From: Eledone cirrhosa
Lineage: Eukaryota
DNA length: 64,000 nucleotides
Direction of reading: 5' to 3'
Assembly (NCBI GenBank): GCA_964016885.1
Contig: OZ024752.1
Coordinates: forward strand, 4,712,001-4,776,000
Shown here: one piece after another, positions 63,909-64,000 of the stretch
How positions within the stretch are numbered: the stretch's first letter is position 1
Layout: the number at the start of each line of letters is the position of its first letter
Notes under the pieces: model-generated
Databases searched by the model: none
Seen by the model: only the letters and a program-made list of their open reading frames with translations
Told to the model about the DNA's origin: nothing
Program-made: the position numbers and the translations under genes

Positions 63909-64000
63909 GTCAAATGCAAATCTATATTCTCCGCTTCCTCCTCCCCTCACTCAGCCCATTTAATTCTTTTAAGCAATTTATTTTATCAAAGTTCATCATA

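Overview
AT-rich, microsatellite-dense animal DNA. The SINE/LINE repertoire and repeat load suggest a coleoid cephalopod such as an octopus (inference). I can support only one host coding exon: a 312-bp, phase 1-1 exon (42098-42409, +) encoding the first Ig domain of a Roundabout (Robo) receptor, so the window is probably two very large Robo introns. The rest is mobile DNA: two RTE-clade LINE segments with open RT+PHD frames, Penelope-like (PLE), CRE-like, R4/Dong-like and CR1-group relics, two abundant tRNA-derived SINE families, piggyBac/hAT/mariner MITEs, non-autonomous Helitrons and many tandem arrays. Most notable: (1) type I hammerhead ribozyme folds in (TA)n-embedded PLE fold-back fragments; (2) two reciprocal SINE/RTE chimeras joined at a shared 3' stem-loop, one with a SINE-derived ATG in frame with RT; (3) tandem amplification of SINE modules, including A-box heads; (4) inverted SINEs bracketing the Robo exon. 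All assignments are by eye and from recalled family motifs. No searches were run, and repeat boundaries are approximate.
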